Assembly (NCBI GenBank): GCA_964016885.1
Contig: OZ024742.1
Location: 36,704,001 to 36,768,000, forward strand
Source of the DNA: Eledone cirrhosa
Taxonomy: Eukaryota
Length of the DNA stretch: 64,000 nucleotides
Direction of reading: 5' to 3'
Position 1 is the stretch's first letter. Each line of letters begins with the position of its first letter. The notes under the pieces are model-generated. The model did not search any database. It saw only the letters and a list, made by a program, of their open reading frames with translations, and was not told the origin of the DNA. A program made the position numbers and the translations under genes. Shown in pieces: positions 41,601 to 59,600 of this stretch.

Positions 41601-44600
41601 AGCACCACTACCACTGTCTCCACCACCACCACAAGCACCACAACCACTTTATCCACCACCACCACCACAAGCACCACTACCACTGTCTCCACCACCACCA
41701 CAAGCACCACTACCACTGTCTCCACCACCACCACAAGCACCACTACCACTTTCTCCACCACCACCACCACAAGCACCACTACCACTGTCTCCACCACCAC
41801 CACCACAAGTACCACTACCACTGTCTCCACCACCACCACAAGCACCACTACCACTGTCTCCACCACCACCACCACCATCACCACAAGCTCCACTACCACT
41901 GTCTCCACCACCACCACCACAAGCTCCACTACCACTGGCTCCACCACCACCACCACAAGCACCACTACCACTGTCTCCACCACCACCACCACCACAAGCA
42001 CCTCTACCACTGTCTCCACCACCACCACCACAAGCACCACTACCACTGTCTCCACTACCACCACCACCACAAGCACCACTACCACTGTCTCCACCACCAC
42101 CACCACAAGCACCACTACCACTGTCTCCACCACCACCACCACCACAAGCACCACTACCACTGTCTCCACCACCACCACCACAAGCACCACTACCACTGTC
42201 TCCACCACCACCACCACCACAAGCACCACTACCACTGTCTCCACCACCACCACCACAAGCACCACTACCACTGTCTCCACCACCACCACAAGCACCACTA
42301 CCAATGTCTCCACCACCACCACAAGCACCACAACCACTGTCTCCACCACCACCACCACCACAAGCACCACTACCACTGTCTCCACCACCACCACCACCAC
42401 AAGCACCACTACCACTGTCTCCACCACCACCACCACAAGCACCACTACCACTGTCTCCACCACCACCACCACAAGCACCACTACCACTGTCTCCAGCACC
42501 ACCACAAGCACCACAACCACTGTCTCCACCACCACCACAAGCACCACTACCACTGTCTCCACCACCACCACCACCACAAGCACCACAACCACTGTCTCCA
42601 CCACCACCACCACCACCACAAGCACCACTACCACTGTCTCCACCACCACCACCACAAGCACCACTACCACTGTCTCCACCACCACCACCACAAGCACCAC
42701 TACCACTGTCTCCACCACCACCACAAGCACCACTACCACTGTCTCCACCACCACCACCACCACAAGCACCACTACCACTGTCTCCACCACCACCACCACA
42801 AGCTCCACTACCACTGTCTCCACCACCACCACCACAAGCACCACTACCACTGTCTCCACCACCACCACAAGCACCACTACCACTGTCTCCACCACCACCA
42901 CCACAAGCTCCACTACCACTGTCTCCACCACCACCACCACAAGCACCACAACCACTGTCTCCACCACCACCACCACAAGCTCCACTACCACTGTCTCCAC
43001 CACCACCACCACAAGCACCACTACCACTGTCTCCACCACCACCACCACAAGCTCCACTACCACTGTCTCCACCACCACCACCACAAGCACCACTACCACT
43101 GTCTCCACCACCACCACCACAAGCTCCACTACCACTGTCTCCACCACCACCACCACAAGCACCACTACCACTGTCTCCACCACCACCACAAGCTCCACTA
43201 CCACTGTCTCCACCACCACCACCACAAGCACCACTACCACTTTCTCCACCACCACCACCACAAGCACCACTACCACTGTCTCCACCACCACCACAAGCTC
43301 CACTACCAGTCTCCACCACCACCACCACAAGCACCACTACCACTGTCTCCACCACCACCACAAGCACCACTACCACTGTCTCCACCACCACCACCACAAG
43401 CACCACTACCACTGTCTCCACCACCACCACCACAAGCTCCACTACCACTGTCTCCACCACCACCACCACAAGCTCCACTACCACTGTCTCCACCACCACC
43501 ACCACAAGCACCACTACCACTGTCTCCACCACCACCACAAGCTCCACTACCACTGTCTCCACCACCACCACCACAAGCACCACTACCACTGTCTCCACCA
43601 CCACCACAAGCACCACTACCACTTTCTCCACCACCACCATCACAAGCTCCACTACCACTGTCTCCACCACCACCACCACAAGCACCACAACCACTGTCTC
43701 CACCACCTCCACCACAAGCACCACTACCACTGTCTCCACCACCACCACCACCACAAGCACCACTACCACTGTCTCCACCACCACCACCATAAGCACCACG
43801 ACCACTGTCTCCACCACCACAAGCACCACTACCACTGTCTCCACCACCACCACAAGCACCACTACCACTGTCTCCACCACCACCACCACAAGCACCACTA
43901 CCACTGTCTCCACCACCACCACCACCACAAGCACCACTACCACTGTCTCCACCACCACCACCACAAGCTCCACTACCACTGTCTCCACCACCACCACAAG
44001 CACCACTACCACTGTCTCCACCACCACCACAAGCACCACTACCACTGTCTCCACCACCACCACAAGCACCACAACCACTTTATCCACCACCACCACCACA
44101 AGCACCACTACCACTGTCTCCACCACCACCACAAGCACCACTACCACTGTCTCCACCACCACCACAAGCACCACAACCACTTTATCCACCACCACCACCA
44201 CAAGCACCACTACCACTGTCTCCACCACCACCACAAGCACCACTACCATTGTCTCCACCACCACCACAAGCACCACTACCACTTTCTCCACCACCACCAC
44301 CACAAGCACCACTACCACTGTCTCCACCACCACCACCACAAGTACCACTACCACTGTCTCCACCACCACCACAAGCACCACTACCACTGTCTCCACCACC
44401 ACCACCACCACCACCACAAGCACCACAACCACTGTCTCCACCACCACCACCACCATCACCACAAGCTCCACTACCACTGTCTCCACCACCACCACCACAA
44501 GCTCCACTACCACTGGCTCCAGCACCACCACCACAAGCACCACTACCACTGTCTCCACCACCACCACCACCACAAGCACCACTACCACTGTCTCCACCAC

Positions 44601-47600
44601 CACCACCACAAGCACCACTACCACTGTCTCCACCACCACCACCACCACAAGCACCACTACCACTGTCTCCACCACCACCACCACAAGCACCACTACCACT
44701 GTCTCCACCACCACCACCACCACAAGCACCACTACCACTGTCTCCACCACCACCACCACAAGCACCACTACCACTGTCTCCACCACCACCACCACCACAA
44801 GCACCACTACCACTGTCTCCACCACCACCACCACAAGCACCACTACCACTGTCTCCACCACCACCACCACCACAAGCACCACAACCACTGTCTCCACCAC
44901 CACCACCACCACAAGCACCACTACCACTGTCTCCACCACCACCACCACAAGCACCACTACCACTGTCTCCACCACCACCACCACAAGCACCACTACCACT
45001 GTCTCCACCACCACCACAAGCACCACTACCACTGTCTCCACCACCACCACAAGCTCCACTACCAGTCTCCACCACCACCACCACAAGCACCACTACCACT
45101 GTCTCCACCACCACCACAAGCACCACTACCACTGTCTCCACCACCACCACCACCACAAGCACCACTACCACTGTCTCCACCACCACCACCACAAGCTCCA
45201 CTACCACTGTCTCCACCACCACCACCACAAGCACCACTACCACTGTCTCCACCACCACCACAAGCACCACTACCACTGTCTCCACCACCACCACAAGCTC
45301 CACTACCACTGTCTCCACCACCACCACCACAAGCACCACTACCACTGTCTCCACCACCACCACCACAAGCTCCACTACCACTGTCTCCACCACCACCACC
45401 ACAAGCACCACTACCACTGTCTCCACCACCACCACCACCACAAGCTCCACTACCACTGTCTCCACCACCACCACCACCACAAGCACCACTACCACTGTCT
45501 CCACCACCACCACCACAAGCACCACTACCACTGTCTCCACCACCACCACCACCACAAGCACCACTACCACTGTCTCCACCACCACCACCACAAGCTCCAC
45601 TACCACTGTCTCCACCACCACCACCACAAGCACCACTACCACTGTCTCCACCACCACCACCACAAGCTCCACTACCACTGTCTCCACCACCACCACCACA
45701 AGCACCACTACCACTGTCTCCACCACCACCACAAGCTCCACTACCACTGTCTCCACCACCACCACCACAAGCACCACTACCACTTTCTCCACCACCACCA
45801 CCACCACAAGCACCACTACCACTGTCTCCACCACCACCACCACAAGCTCCACTACCACTGTCTCCACCACCACCACCACAAGCACCACTACCACTGTCTC
45901 CACCACCACCACAAGCTCCACTACCACTGTCTCCACCACCACCACCACAAGCACCACTACCACTGTCTCCACCACCACCACCACCACAAGCACCACTACC
46001 ACTGTCTCCACCACCACCACCACAAGCTCCACTACCACTGTCTCCACCACCACCACCACAAGCTCCACTACCACTGTCTCCACCACCACCACCACAAGCA
46101 CCACTACCACTGTCTCCACCACCACCACAAGCTCCACTACCACTGTCTCCACCACCACCACCACAAGCACCACTACCACTTTCTCCACCACCACCACCAC
46201 AAGCACCACTACCACTGTCTCCACCACCACCACAAGCTCCACTACCAGTCTCCACCACCACCACCACAAGCACCACTACCACTGTCTCCACCACCTCCAC
46301 CACAAGCACCACTACCACTGTCTCCACCACCACCACCACAAGCTCCACTACCACTGTCTCCACCACCACCACCACAAGCTCCACTACCACTGTCTCCACC
46401 ACCACCACCACAAGCACCACTACCACTGTCTCCACCACCACCACAAGCTCCACTACCACTGTCTCCACCACCACCACCACAAGCACCACTACCACTGTCT
46501 CCACCACCACCACAAGCACCACTACCACTTTCTCCACCACCACCATCACAAGCTCCACTACCACTGTCTCCACCACCACCACCACAAGCACCACAACCAC
46601 TGTCTCCACCACCACCACCACAAGCACCACTACCACTGTCTCCACCACCACCACCATAAGCACCACGACCACTGTCTCCACCACCACAAGCACCACTACC
46701 ACTGTCTCCACCACCACCACAAGCACCACTACCACTGTCTCCACCACCACCACCACAAGCACCACTACCACTGTCTCCACCACCACCACCACCACAAGCA
46801 CCACTACCACTGTCTCCACCACCACCACCACAAGCTCCACTACCACTGTCTCCACCACCACCACAAGCACCACTACCACTGTCTCCACCACCACCACAAG
46901 CACCACTACCACTGTCTCCACCACCACCACAAGCACCACAACCACTTTATCCACCACCACCACCACAAGCACCACTACCACTGTCTCCACCACCACCACA
47001 AGCACCACTACCACTGTCTCCACCACCACCACAAGCACCACTACCACTTTCTCCACCACCACCACCACAAGCACCACTACCACTGTCTCCACCACCACCA
47101 CCACAAGTACCACTACCACTGTCTCCACCACCACCACAAGCACCACTACCACTGTCTCCACCACCACCACCACCACCACCACAAGCACCACAACCACTGT
47201 CTCCACCACCACCACCACCATCACCACAAGCTCCACTACCACTGTCTCCACCACCACCACCACAAGCTCCACTACCACTGGCTCCACCACCACCACCACA
47301 AGCACCACTACCACTGTCTCCACCACCACCACCACCACAAGCACCTCTACCACTGTCTCCACCACCACCACCACAAGCACCACTACCACAGTCTCCACCA
47401 CCACCACCACCACAAGCACCACTACCACTGTCTCCACCACCACCACCACAAGCACCACTACCACTGTCTCCACCACCACCACCACCACAAGCACCACTAC
47501 CACTGTCTCCACCACCACCACCACAAGCACCACTACCACTGTCTCCACCACCACCACCACAAGCACCATTACCACTGTCTCCACCACCACCACAAGCACC

Positions 47601-50600
47601 ACTACCACTGTCTCCACCACCACCACAAGCACCACAACCACTGTCTCCACCACCACCACCACCACAAGCACCACTACCACTGTCTCCACCACCACCACCA
47701 CCACAAGCACCACTACCACTGTCTCCACCACCACCACCACAAGCACCACTACCACTGTCTCCACCACCACCACCACAAGCACCACTACCACTGTCTCCAG
47801 CACCACCACAAGCACCACAACCACTGTCTCCACCACCACCACAAGCACCACTACCACTGTCTCCACCACCACCACCACCACAAGCACCACAACCACTGTC
47901 TCCACCACCACCACCACCACCACAAGCACCACTACCACTGTCTCCACCACCACCACCACAAGCACCACTACCACTGTCTCCACCACCACCACCACAAGCA
48001 CCACTACCACTGTCTCCACCACCACCACAAGCACCACTACCACTGTCTCCACCACCACCACCACCACAAGCACCACTACCACTGTCTCCACCACCACCAC
48101 CACAAGCTCCACTACCACTGTCTCCACCACCACCACCACAAGCACCACTACCACTGTCTCCACCACCACCACAAGCACCACTACCACTGTCTCCACCACC
48201 ACCACCACAAGCTCCACTACCACTGTCTCCACCACCACCACCACAAGCACCACAACCACTGTCTCCACCACCACCACCACAAGCTCCACTACCACTGTCT
48301 CCACCACCACCACCACAAGCACCACTACCACTGTCTCCACCACCACCACCACAAGCTCCACTACCACTGTCTCCACCACCACCACCACAAGCACCACTAC
48401 CACTGTCTCCACCACCACCACCACAAGCTCCACTACCACTGTCTCCACCACCACCACCACAAGCACCACTACCACTGTCTCCACCACCACCACAAGCTCC
48501 ACTACCACTGTCTCCACCACCACCACCACAAGCACCACTACCACTTTCTCCACCACCACCACCACAAGCACCACTACCACTGTCTCCACCACCACCACAA
48601 GCTCCACTACCAGTCTCCACCACCACCACCACAAGCACCACTACCACTGTCTCCACCACCACCACAAGCACCACTACCACTGTCTCCACCACCACCACCA
48701 CAAGCACCACTACCACTGTCTCCACCACCACCACCACAAGCTCCACTACCACTGTCTCCACCACCACCACCACAAGCTCCACTACCACTGTCTCCACCAC
48801 CACCACCACAAGCACCACTACCACTGTCTCCACCACCACCACAAGCTCCACTACCACTGTCTCCACCACCACCACCACAAGCACCACTACCACTGTCTCC
48901 ACCACCACCACAAGCACCACTACCACTTTCTCCACCACCACCATCACAAGCTCCACTACCACTGTCTCCACCACCACCACCACAAGCACCACAACCACTG
49001 TCTCCACCACCTCCACCACAAGCACCACTACCACTGTCTCCACCACCACCACCACCACAAGCACCACTACCACTGTCTCCACCACCACCACCATAAGCAC
49101 CACGACCACTGTCTCCACCACCACAAGCACCACTACCACTGTCTCCACCACCACCACAAGCACCACTACCACTGTCTCCACCACCACCACCACAAGCACC
49201 AATACCACTGTCTCCACCACCACCACCACCACAAGCACCACTACCACTGTCTCCACCACCACCACCACAAGCTCCACTACCACTGTCTCCACCACCACCA
49301 CAAGCACCACTACCACTGTCTCCACCACCACCACAAGCACCACTACCACTGTCTCCACCACCACCACAAGCACCACAACCACTTTATCCACCACCACCAC
49401 CACAAGCACCACTACCACTGTCTCCACCACCACCACAAGCACCACTACCACTGTCTCCACCACCACCACAAGCACCACAACCACTTTATCCACCACCACC
49501 ACCACAAGCACCACTACCACTGTCTCCACCACCACCACAAGCACCACTACCACTGTCTCCACCACCACCACAAGCACCACTACCACTTTCTCCACCACCA
49601 CCACCACAAGCACCACTACCACTGTCTCCACCACCACCACCACAAGCACCACTACCACTGTCTCCACCACCACCACCACCACCACCACAAGCACCACAAC
49701 CACTGTCTCCACCACCACCACCACCATCACCACAAGCTCCACTACCACTGTCTCCACCACCACCACCACAAGCTCCACTACCACTGGCTCCACCACCACC
49801 ACCACAAGCACCACTACCACTGTCTCCACCACCACCACCACCACAAGCACCACTACCACTGTCTCCACCACCACCACCACAAGCACCACTACCACTGTCT
49901 CCACCACCACCACCACCACAAGCACCACTACCACTGTCTCCACCACCACCACCACAAGCACCACTACCACTGTCTCCACCACCACCACAAGCACCACTAC
50001 CACTGTCTCCACCACCACCACCACAAGCACCACTACCACTGTCTCCACCACCACCACCACCACAAGCACCACTACCACTGTCTCCACCACCACCACCACA
50101 AGCACCACTACCACTGTCTCCACCACCACCACAAGCACCACTACCACTGTCTCCACCACCACCACAAGCACCACAACCACTGTCTCCACCACCACCACCA
50201 CCACAAGCACCACTACCACTGTCTCCACCACCACCACCACCACAAGCACCACTACCACTGTCTCCACCACCACCACCACAAGCACCACTACCACTGTCTC
50301 CACCACCACCACCACAAGCACCACTACCACTGTCTCCAGCACCACCACAAGCACCACAACCACTGTCTCCACCACCACCACAAGCACCACTACCACTGTC
50401 TCCACCACCACCACCACCACAAGCACCACAACCACTGTCTCCACCACCACCACCACCACAAGCACCACTACCACTGTCTCCACCACCACCACCACAAGCA
50501 CCACTACCACTGTCTCCACCACCACCACCACAAGCACCACTACCACTGTCTCCACCACCACCACAAGCACCACTACCACTGTCTCCACCACCACCACAAG

Positions 50601-53600
50601 CTCCACTACCAGTCTCCACCACCACCACCACAAGCACCACTACCACTGTCTCCACCACCACCACAAGCACCACTACCACTGTCTCCACCACCACCACCAC
50701 CACAAGCACCACTACCACTGTCTCCACCACCACCACCACAAGCTCCACTACCACTGTCTCCACCACCACCACCACAAGCACCACTACCACTGTCTCCACC
50801 ACCACCACAAGCACCACTACCACTGTCTCCACCACCACCACAAGCTCCACTACCACTGTCTCCACCACCACCACCACAAGCACCACTACCACTGTCTCCA
50901 CCACCACCACCACAAGCTCCACTACCACTGTCTCCACCACCACCACCACAAGCACCACTACAACTGTCTCCACCACCACCACCACCACAAGCTCCACTAC
51001 CACTGTCTCCACCACCACCACCACCACAAGCACCACTACCACTGTCTCCACCACCACCACCACAAGCACCACTACCACTGTCTCCACCACCACCACCACA
51101 AGCTCCACTACCACTGTCTCTACCACCACCACCACCACAAGCACCACTACCACTGTCTCCACCACCACCACCACCACAAGCTCCACTACCACTGTCTCCA
51201 CCACCACCACAAGCTCCACAAACACTGTCTCCACCACCACCACCACAAGCTCCACTACCACTGTCTCCACCACCACCACCACCACAAGCTCCACTACCAC
51301 TGTCTCCACCACCACCACCACCACAAGCTCCACTACCACTGTCTCCACCACCACCACCACCACAAGCTCCACTACCACTGTCTCCACCACCACCACCACC
51401 ACAAGCACCACAACCACTGTCTCCACCACCACCACCACAAGCACCACTACCACTGTCTCCACCACCACCACCACCACAAGCACCACTACCACTGTCTCCA
51501 CCACCACCACCACAAGCTCCACTACCACTGTCTCCACCACCACCACCACCACAAGCTCCACTACCACTGTCTCTACCACCACCACCATCACAAGCTCCAC
51601 AACCACTGTCTCCACCACCACTACCACAAGCACCACTACCACTGTCTCCACCACCACCACCACAAGCTCCACTACCACTGTCTCCACCACCACCACCATA
51701 AGCACCACTACCACTTTCTCCACCACCACCACCACAAGCTCCACTACCACTGTCTCCACCACCACCACCACAAGCACCACTACCACTGTCTCCACCACCA
51801 CCACCACAAGCTCCACTACCACTGTCTCCACCACCACCACCACAAGCACCACTACCACTGTCTCCACCACCACCACCATAAGCACCACTACCACTTTCTC
51901 CACCACCACCACCACAAGCTCCACTACCACTGTCTCCACCACCACCACCACAAGCACCACTACCACTGTCTCCACCACCACCACCACAAGCTCCACTACC
52001 ACTGTCTCCACCACCACCACCACAAACACCACTACCACTGTCTCCACCACCACCACCATAAGCACCACTACCACTTTCTCCACCACCACCACCACAAGCT
52101 CCACTACCACTGTCTCCACCACCACCACCATAAGCACCACTACCACTTTCTCCACCACCACCACCACAAGCACCACTACCACTGTCTCCACCACCATAAG
52201 CACCACTACCACTTTCTCCACCACCACCACCACAAGCTCCACAACCACTGTCTCCACCACCACCACCACAAGCACCACTACCACTGTCTCCACCACCACC
52301 ACCACAAGCACCACTACCACTTTCTCCACCACCACCACCACAAGCTCCACTACCACTGTCTCCACCACCACCACCATAAGCACCACTACCACTTTCTCCA
52401 CCACCACCACCACAAGCTCCACTACCACTGTCTCCACCACCACCACCACAAGCACCACTACCACTGTCTCCACCACCACCACCACAAGCTCCACTACCAC
52501 TGTCTCCACCACCACCACCACAAGCTCCACTACCACTGTCTCCACCACCACAAGCACCACTACCACTGTCTCCACCACCACCACAAGCTCCACTACCACT
52601 GTCTCCACCACCACCACCACCACAAGCTCCACTACCACTGTCTCCACCACCACCACCACAAGCACCACTACCACTGTCTCCACCACCACAAGCTCCACTA
52701 CCACTGTCTCCACCACCACCACCACAAGCACCACTGCCACTGTCTCCACCACCACCACCACAAGCTCCACTACCACTGTCTCCACCACCACCACCACAAG
52801 CTCCACTACCACTGTCTCCACCACCACAAGCACCACTACCACTGTCTCCACCACCACCACAAGCTCCACTACCACTGTCTCCACCACCACCACCATCACA
52901 AGCTCCACTACCACTGTCTCCACCACCACCACCACAAGCACCACAACCACTGTCTCCACCACCACCACCACAAGCACCACTACCACTGTCTCCACCACCA
53001 CCACCATAAGCACCACGACCACTGTCTCCACCACCACAAGCACCACTACCACTGTCTCCACCACCACCACAAGCACCACTACCACTGTCTCCACCACCAC
53101 CACCACAAGCACCACTACCACTGTCTCCACCACCACCACCACCACAAGCACCACTACCACTGTCTCCACCACCACCACCACAAGCTCCACTACCACTGTC
53201 TCCACCACCACCACAAGCACCACTACCACTGTCTCCACTACCACTGTCTCCACCACCACCACAAGCACCACTACCACTGTCTCCACCACCACCACAAGCA
53301 CCACAACCACTTTATCCACCACCACCACCACAAGTACCACTACCACTGTCTCCACCACCACCACAAGCACCACTACCACTGTCTCCACCACCACCACCAC
53401 CACCACCACAAGCACCACAACCACTGTCTCCACCACCACCACCACCATCACCACAAGCTCCACTACCACTGTCTCCACCACCACCACCACAAGCTCCACT
53501 ACCACTGGCTCCACCACCACCACCACAAGCACCACTACCACTGTCTCCACCACCACCACCACAAGCACCACTACCACTGTCTCCACCACCACCACCACAA

Positions 53601-56600
53601 GCACCACTAACACTGTCTCCACCACCACCACCACCACAAGCACCACTACCACTGTCTCCACCACCACCACCACAAGCACCACTACCACTGTCTCCACCAC
53701 CACCACCACCACAAGCACCACTACCACTGTCTCCACCACCACCACCACAAGCACCACTACCACTGTCTCCACCACCACCACCACCACAATCACCACTACC
53801 ACTGTCTCCACCACCACCACCACAAGCACCACTACCACTGTCTCCACCACCACCACAAGCACCACTACCACTGTCTCCACCACCACCACAAGCACCACAA
53901 CCACTGTCTCCACCACCACCACCACCACAAGCACCACTACCACTGTCTCCACCACCACCACCACCACAAGCACCACTACCACTGTCTCCACCACCACCAC
54001 CACAAGCACCACTACCACTGTCTCCACCACCACCACCACAAGCACCACTACCACTGTCTCCAGCACCACCACAAGCACCACAACCACTGTCTCCACCACC
54101 ACCACAAGCACCACTACCACTGTCTCCACCACCACCACCACCACAAGCACCACAACCACTGTCTCCACCACCACCACCACCACAAGCACCACTACCACTG
54201 TCTCCACCACCACCACCACAAGCACCACTACCACTGTCTCCACCACCACCACCACAAGCACCACTACCACTGTCTCCACCACCACCACAAGCACCACTAC
54301 CACTGTCTCCACCACCACCACCACCACAAGCACCACTACCACTGTCTCCACCACCACCACCACAAGCACCACTACCACTGTCTCCACCACCACCACCACA
54401 AGCACCACTACCACTGTCTCCACCACCACCACAAGCACCACTACCACTGTCTCCACCACCACCACCACAAGCTCCACTACCACTGTCTCCACCACCACCA
54501 CCACAAGCACCACTACCACTGTCTCCACCACCACCACCACAAGCTCCACTACCACTGTCTCCACCACCACCACCACAAGCACCACTACCACTGTCTCCAC
54601 CACCACCACCACAAGCTCCACTACCACTGTCTCCACCACCACCACCACAAGCACCACTACCACTGTCTCCACCACCACCACCATCCACAAGCTCCACTAC
54701 CACTGTCTCCACCACCACCACCACAAGCACCACTACCACTCGTCTCCACCACCACCACCACAAGCACCACTACCACTGTCTCCACCACCACCACCACAAG
54801 CACCACTACCACTGTCTCCACCACCACCACCACAAGCACCACTACCACTGTCTCCTCCACCACCACCACAAGCACAACTACCACTGTCTCCACCACCACC
54901 ACCACAAGCTCCACTACCACTGTCTCCACCACCACCACCACCACAAGCACCACTACCACTGTCTCCACCACCACCACCACAAGCACCACTACCACTGTCT
55001 CCACCACCACCACCACAAGCACCACTACCACTGTCTCCACCACCACCACCACAAGCACCACTACCACTGTCTCCTCCACCACCACCACAAGCTCCACTAC
55101 CACTGTCTCCACCACCACCACCACAAGCACCACTACCACTGTCTCCACCACCACCACCACAAGCTCCACTACCACTGTCTCCACCACCACCACCACAAGC
55201 ACCACTACCACTGTCTCCACCACCACCACCACCACAAGCTCCACTACCACTGTCTCCACCACCACCACCACCACAAGCTGCACTACCACTGTATCTACCA
55301 CCACCACCATCACAAGCTCCACAACCACTGTCTCCACCACCACCACCACAAGCACCACTACCACTGTCTCCACCACCACCACCACACCACAAGCACCACT
55401 ACCACTGTCTCCACCACCACCACCACAAGCACCACTACCACTGTCTCCACCACCACCACCACCACAAGCTCCACTACCACTGTCTCCACCACCACCACCA
55501 CAAGCACCACTACCACTGTCTCCACCACCACCACCACCACAAGCACCACTACCACTGTCTCCACCACCACCACCACAAGCACCACTACCACTGTCTCCAC
55601 CACCACCACAAGCTCCACTACCACTGTCTCCACCACCACCACCACAAGCACCACTACCACTGTCTCCACCACCACCACCACAAGCACCACTACCACTGTC
55701 TCCACCACCACCACCACAAGCACCACAACCACTGTCTCCACCACCACCACCACCACAAGCACCACTACCACTGTCTCCACCACCACCACCACAAGCACCA
55801 CTACCACTGTCTCCACCACCACCACCACAAGCTCCACTACCACTGTCTCCACCACCCCCACCACAAGCACCACTACCACTGTCTCCACCACCACCACCAC
55901 CACAAGCTCCACTACCACTGTCTCCACCACCACCACCACCACCACAAGCTCCACTACCACTGTCTCTACCACCACCACCATCACAAGCTCCACAACCACT
56001 GTCTCCACCACCACCACCACCACAAGCTCCACTACCACTGTCTCCATCACCACCACCACCACAAGCACCACTACCACTGTCTCCACCACCACCACCACAA
56101 GCACCACTACCACTGTCTCCACCACCACCACCACAAGCACCACTACCACTGTCTCCACCCACCACCACAAGCACCACTACCACTGTCTCCACCACCACCA
56201 CCACCACAAGCACCACTACCACTGTCTCCACCACCACCACCACAAGCTCCACTACCACTGTCTCCACCACCACCACCACAAGCACCACTACCACTGTCTC
56301 CACCACCACCACAAGCACCACTACCACTGTCTCCACCACCACCACAAGCTCCACTACCACTGTCTCCACCACCACCACCACAAGCACCACTACCACTGTC
56401 TCCACCACCACCACCACAAGCTCCACTACCACTGTCTCCACCACCACCACCACAAGCACCACTACCACTGTCTCCACCACCACCACCACCACAAGCTCCA
56501 CTACCACTGTCTCCACCACCACCACCACCACAAGCACCACTACCACTGTCTCCACCACCACCACCACAAGCACCACTACCACTGTCTCCACCACCACCAC

Positions 56601-59600
56601 CACAAGCTCCACTACCACTGTCTCTACCACCACCACCACAAGCTCCACTACCACTGTCTCCACCACCACCACCACCACAAGCTCCACTACCACTGTCTCC
56701 ACCACCGCCACCACCACAAGCACCACTACCACTGTCTCCACCACCACCACCACAAGCACCACTACCACTGTCTCCACCACCACCACCACAAGCACCACTA
56801 CCACTGTCTCCACCACCACCACCACCACAAGCTCCACTACCACTGTCTCCACCACCACCACCACCACAAGCACCACAACCACTGTCTCCACCACCACCAC
56901 CACAAGCACCACTACCACTGTCTCCACCACCACCACCACCACAAGCACCACTACCACTGTCTCCACCACCACCACCACAAGCTCCACTACCACTGTCTCC
57001 ACCACCACCACCACCACAAGCTCCACTACCACTGTCTCTACCACCACCACCATCACAAGCTCCACAACCACTGTCTCCACCACCACCACCACAAGCACCA
57101 CTACCACTGTCTCCACCACCACCACCACAAGCTCCACTACCACTGTCTCCACCACCACCACCATAAGCACCACTACCACTTTCTCCACCACCACCACCAC
57201 AAGCTCCACTACCACTGTCTCCACCACCACCACCACTGTCTCCACCACCACCACCATAAGCACCACTACCACTTTCTCCACCACCACCACCACAAGCTCC
57301 ACAACCACTGTCTCCACCACCACCACCACAAGCACCACTACCACTTTCTCCACCACCACCACCACAAGCTCCACTACCACTGTCTCCACCACCACCACCA
57401 CAAGCACCACTACCACTGTCTCCACCACCACCACCACAAGCTCCACTACCACTGTCTCCACCACCACCACCACAAGCTCCACTACCACTGTCTCCACCAC
57501 CACAAGCACCACTACCACTGTCTCCACCACCACCACAAGCTCCACTACCACTGTCTCCACCACCACCACCACCACAAGCACCACTACCACTGTCTCCACC
57601 ACCACCACAAGCTCCACTACCACTGTCTCCACCACCACCACCACCACAAGCTCCACTACCACTGTCTCCACCACCACCACCACAAGCACCACTACCACTG
57701 TCTCCACCACCACAAGCACCACTACCACTGTCTCCACCACCACCACAAGCTCCACTACCACTGTCTCCACCACCACCACCACAAGCTCCACAACCACTGT
57801 CTCCACCACCACCACCACAAGCACCACTACCACTGTCTCCACCACCACCACCACAAGCACCACTACCACTGTCTCCACCACCACCACAAGCTCCACTACC
57901 ACTGTCTCCACCACCACCACCACCACAAGCTCCACTACCACTGTCTCCACCACCACCACCACAAGCACCACTACCACTGTCTCCACCACCACAAGCACCA
58001 CTACCACTGTCTCCACCACCACCACAAGCTCCACTACCACTGTCTCCACCACCACCACCACAAGCTCCACAACCACTGTCTCCACCACCACCACCACAAG
58101 CTCCACTACCACTGTCTCCACCACCACCACCACCACAAGCACCACTACCACTGTCTCCACCACCACCACCACAAGCTCCACAACCACTGTCTCCACCACC
58201 ACCACCACAAGCACCACTACCACTGTCTCCACCACCACCACCACAAGCACCACTACCACTGTCTCCACCACCACCACAAGCTCCACAACCACTATCTCCA
58301 CCACCACCACCACAAGCACCACTACCACTGTCTCCACCACCACCACCATAAGCACCACTACCACTGTCTCCACCACCACCACCACAAGCTCCACTACCAC
58401 TGTCTCCACCACCACCACAAGCACCACAACCACTGTCTCCACCACCACCACAAGCACCACTACCACTGTCTCCACCACCACCACCACCACAAGCACCACA
58501 ACCACTGTCTCCACCACCACCACCACCACAAGCACCACTACCACTGTCTCCACCACCACCACCACAAGCACCACTACCACTGTCTCCACCACCACCACCA
58601 CAAGCACCACTACCACTGTCTCCACCACCACCACCACAAGCACCACTACCACTGTCTCCACCACCACCACCACCACAAGCACCACTACCACTGTCTCCAC
58701 CACCACCACCACAAGCTCCACTACCACTGTCTCCACCACCACCACCACAAGCACCACTACCACTGTCTCCACCACCACCACAAGCACCACTACCACTGTC
58801 TCCACCACCACCACCACAAGCTCCACTACCACTGTCTCCACCACCACCACCACAAGCACCACTACCACTGTCTCCACCACCACCACCACAAGCTCCACTA
58901 CCACTGTCTCCACCACCACCACCACAAGCACCACTACCACTGTCTCCACCACCACCACCACAAGCTCCACTACCACTGTCTCCACCACCACCACCACAAG
59001 CACCACTACCACTGTCTCCACCACCACCACCATCACAAGCTCCACTACCACTGTCCCACCACCACCACCACAAGCACCACTACCACCGTCTCCACCACCA
59101 CCACCACAAGCACCACTACCACTGTCTCCACCACCACCACAAGCACCACTACCACTGTCTCCACCACCACCACCACAAGCACCACTACCACTGTCTCCAC
59201 CACCACCACCACAAGCACCACTACCACTGTCTCCTCCACCACCACCACAAGCACAACTACCACTGTCACCACCAACACCACCACAAGCTCCACTACCACT
59301 GTCTCCACCACCACCACCACCACAAGCTCCACTACCACTGTCTCCACCACCACCACTACAAGCTCCACTACCACTGTCTCCACCACCACCACCACCACAA
59401 GCACCACTACCACTGTCTCCACCACCACCACCACAAGCACCACTACCACTGTCTCCTCCACCACCACCACAAGCTCCACTACCACTGTCTCCACCACCAC
59501 CACCACAAGCACCACTACCAATGTCTCCACCACCACCACCACAAGCTCCACTACCACTGTCTCCACCACCACCACCACAAGCACCACTACCACTGTCTCC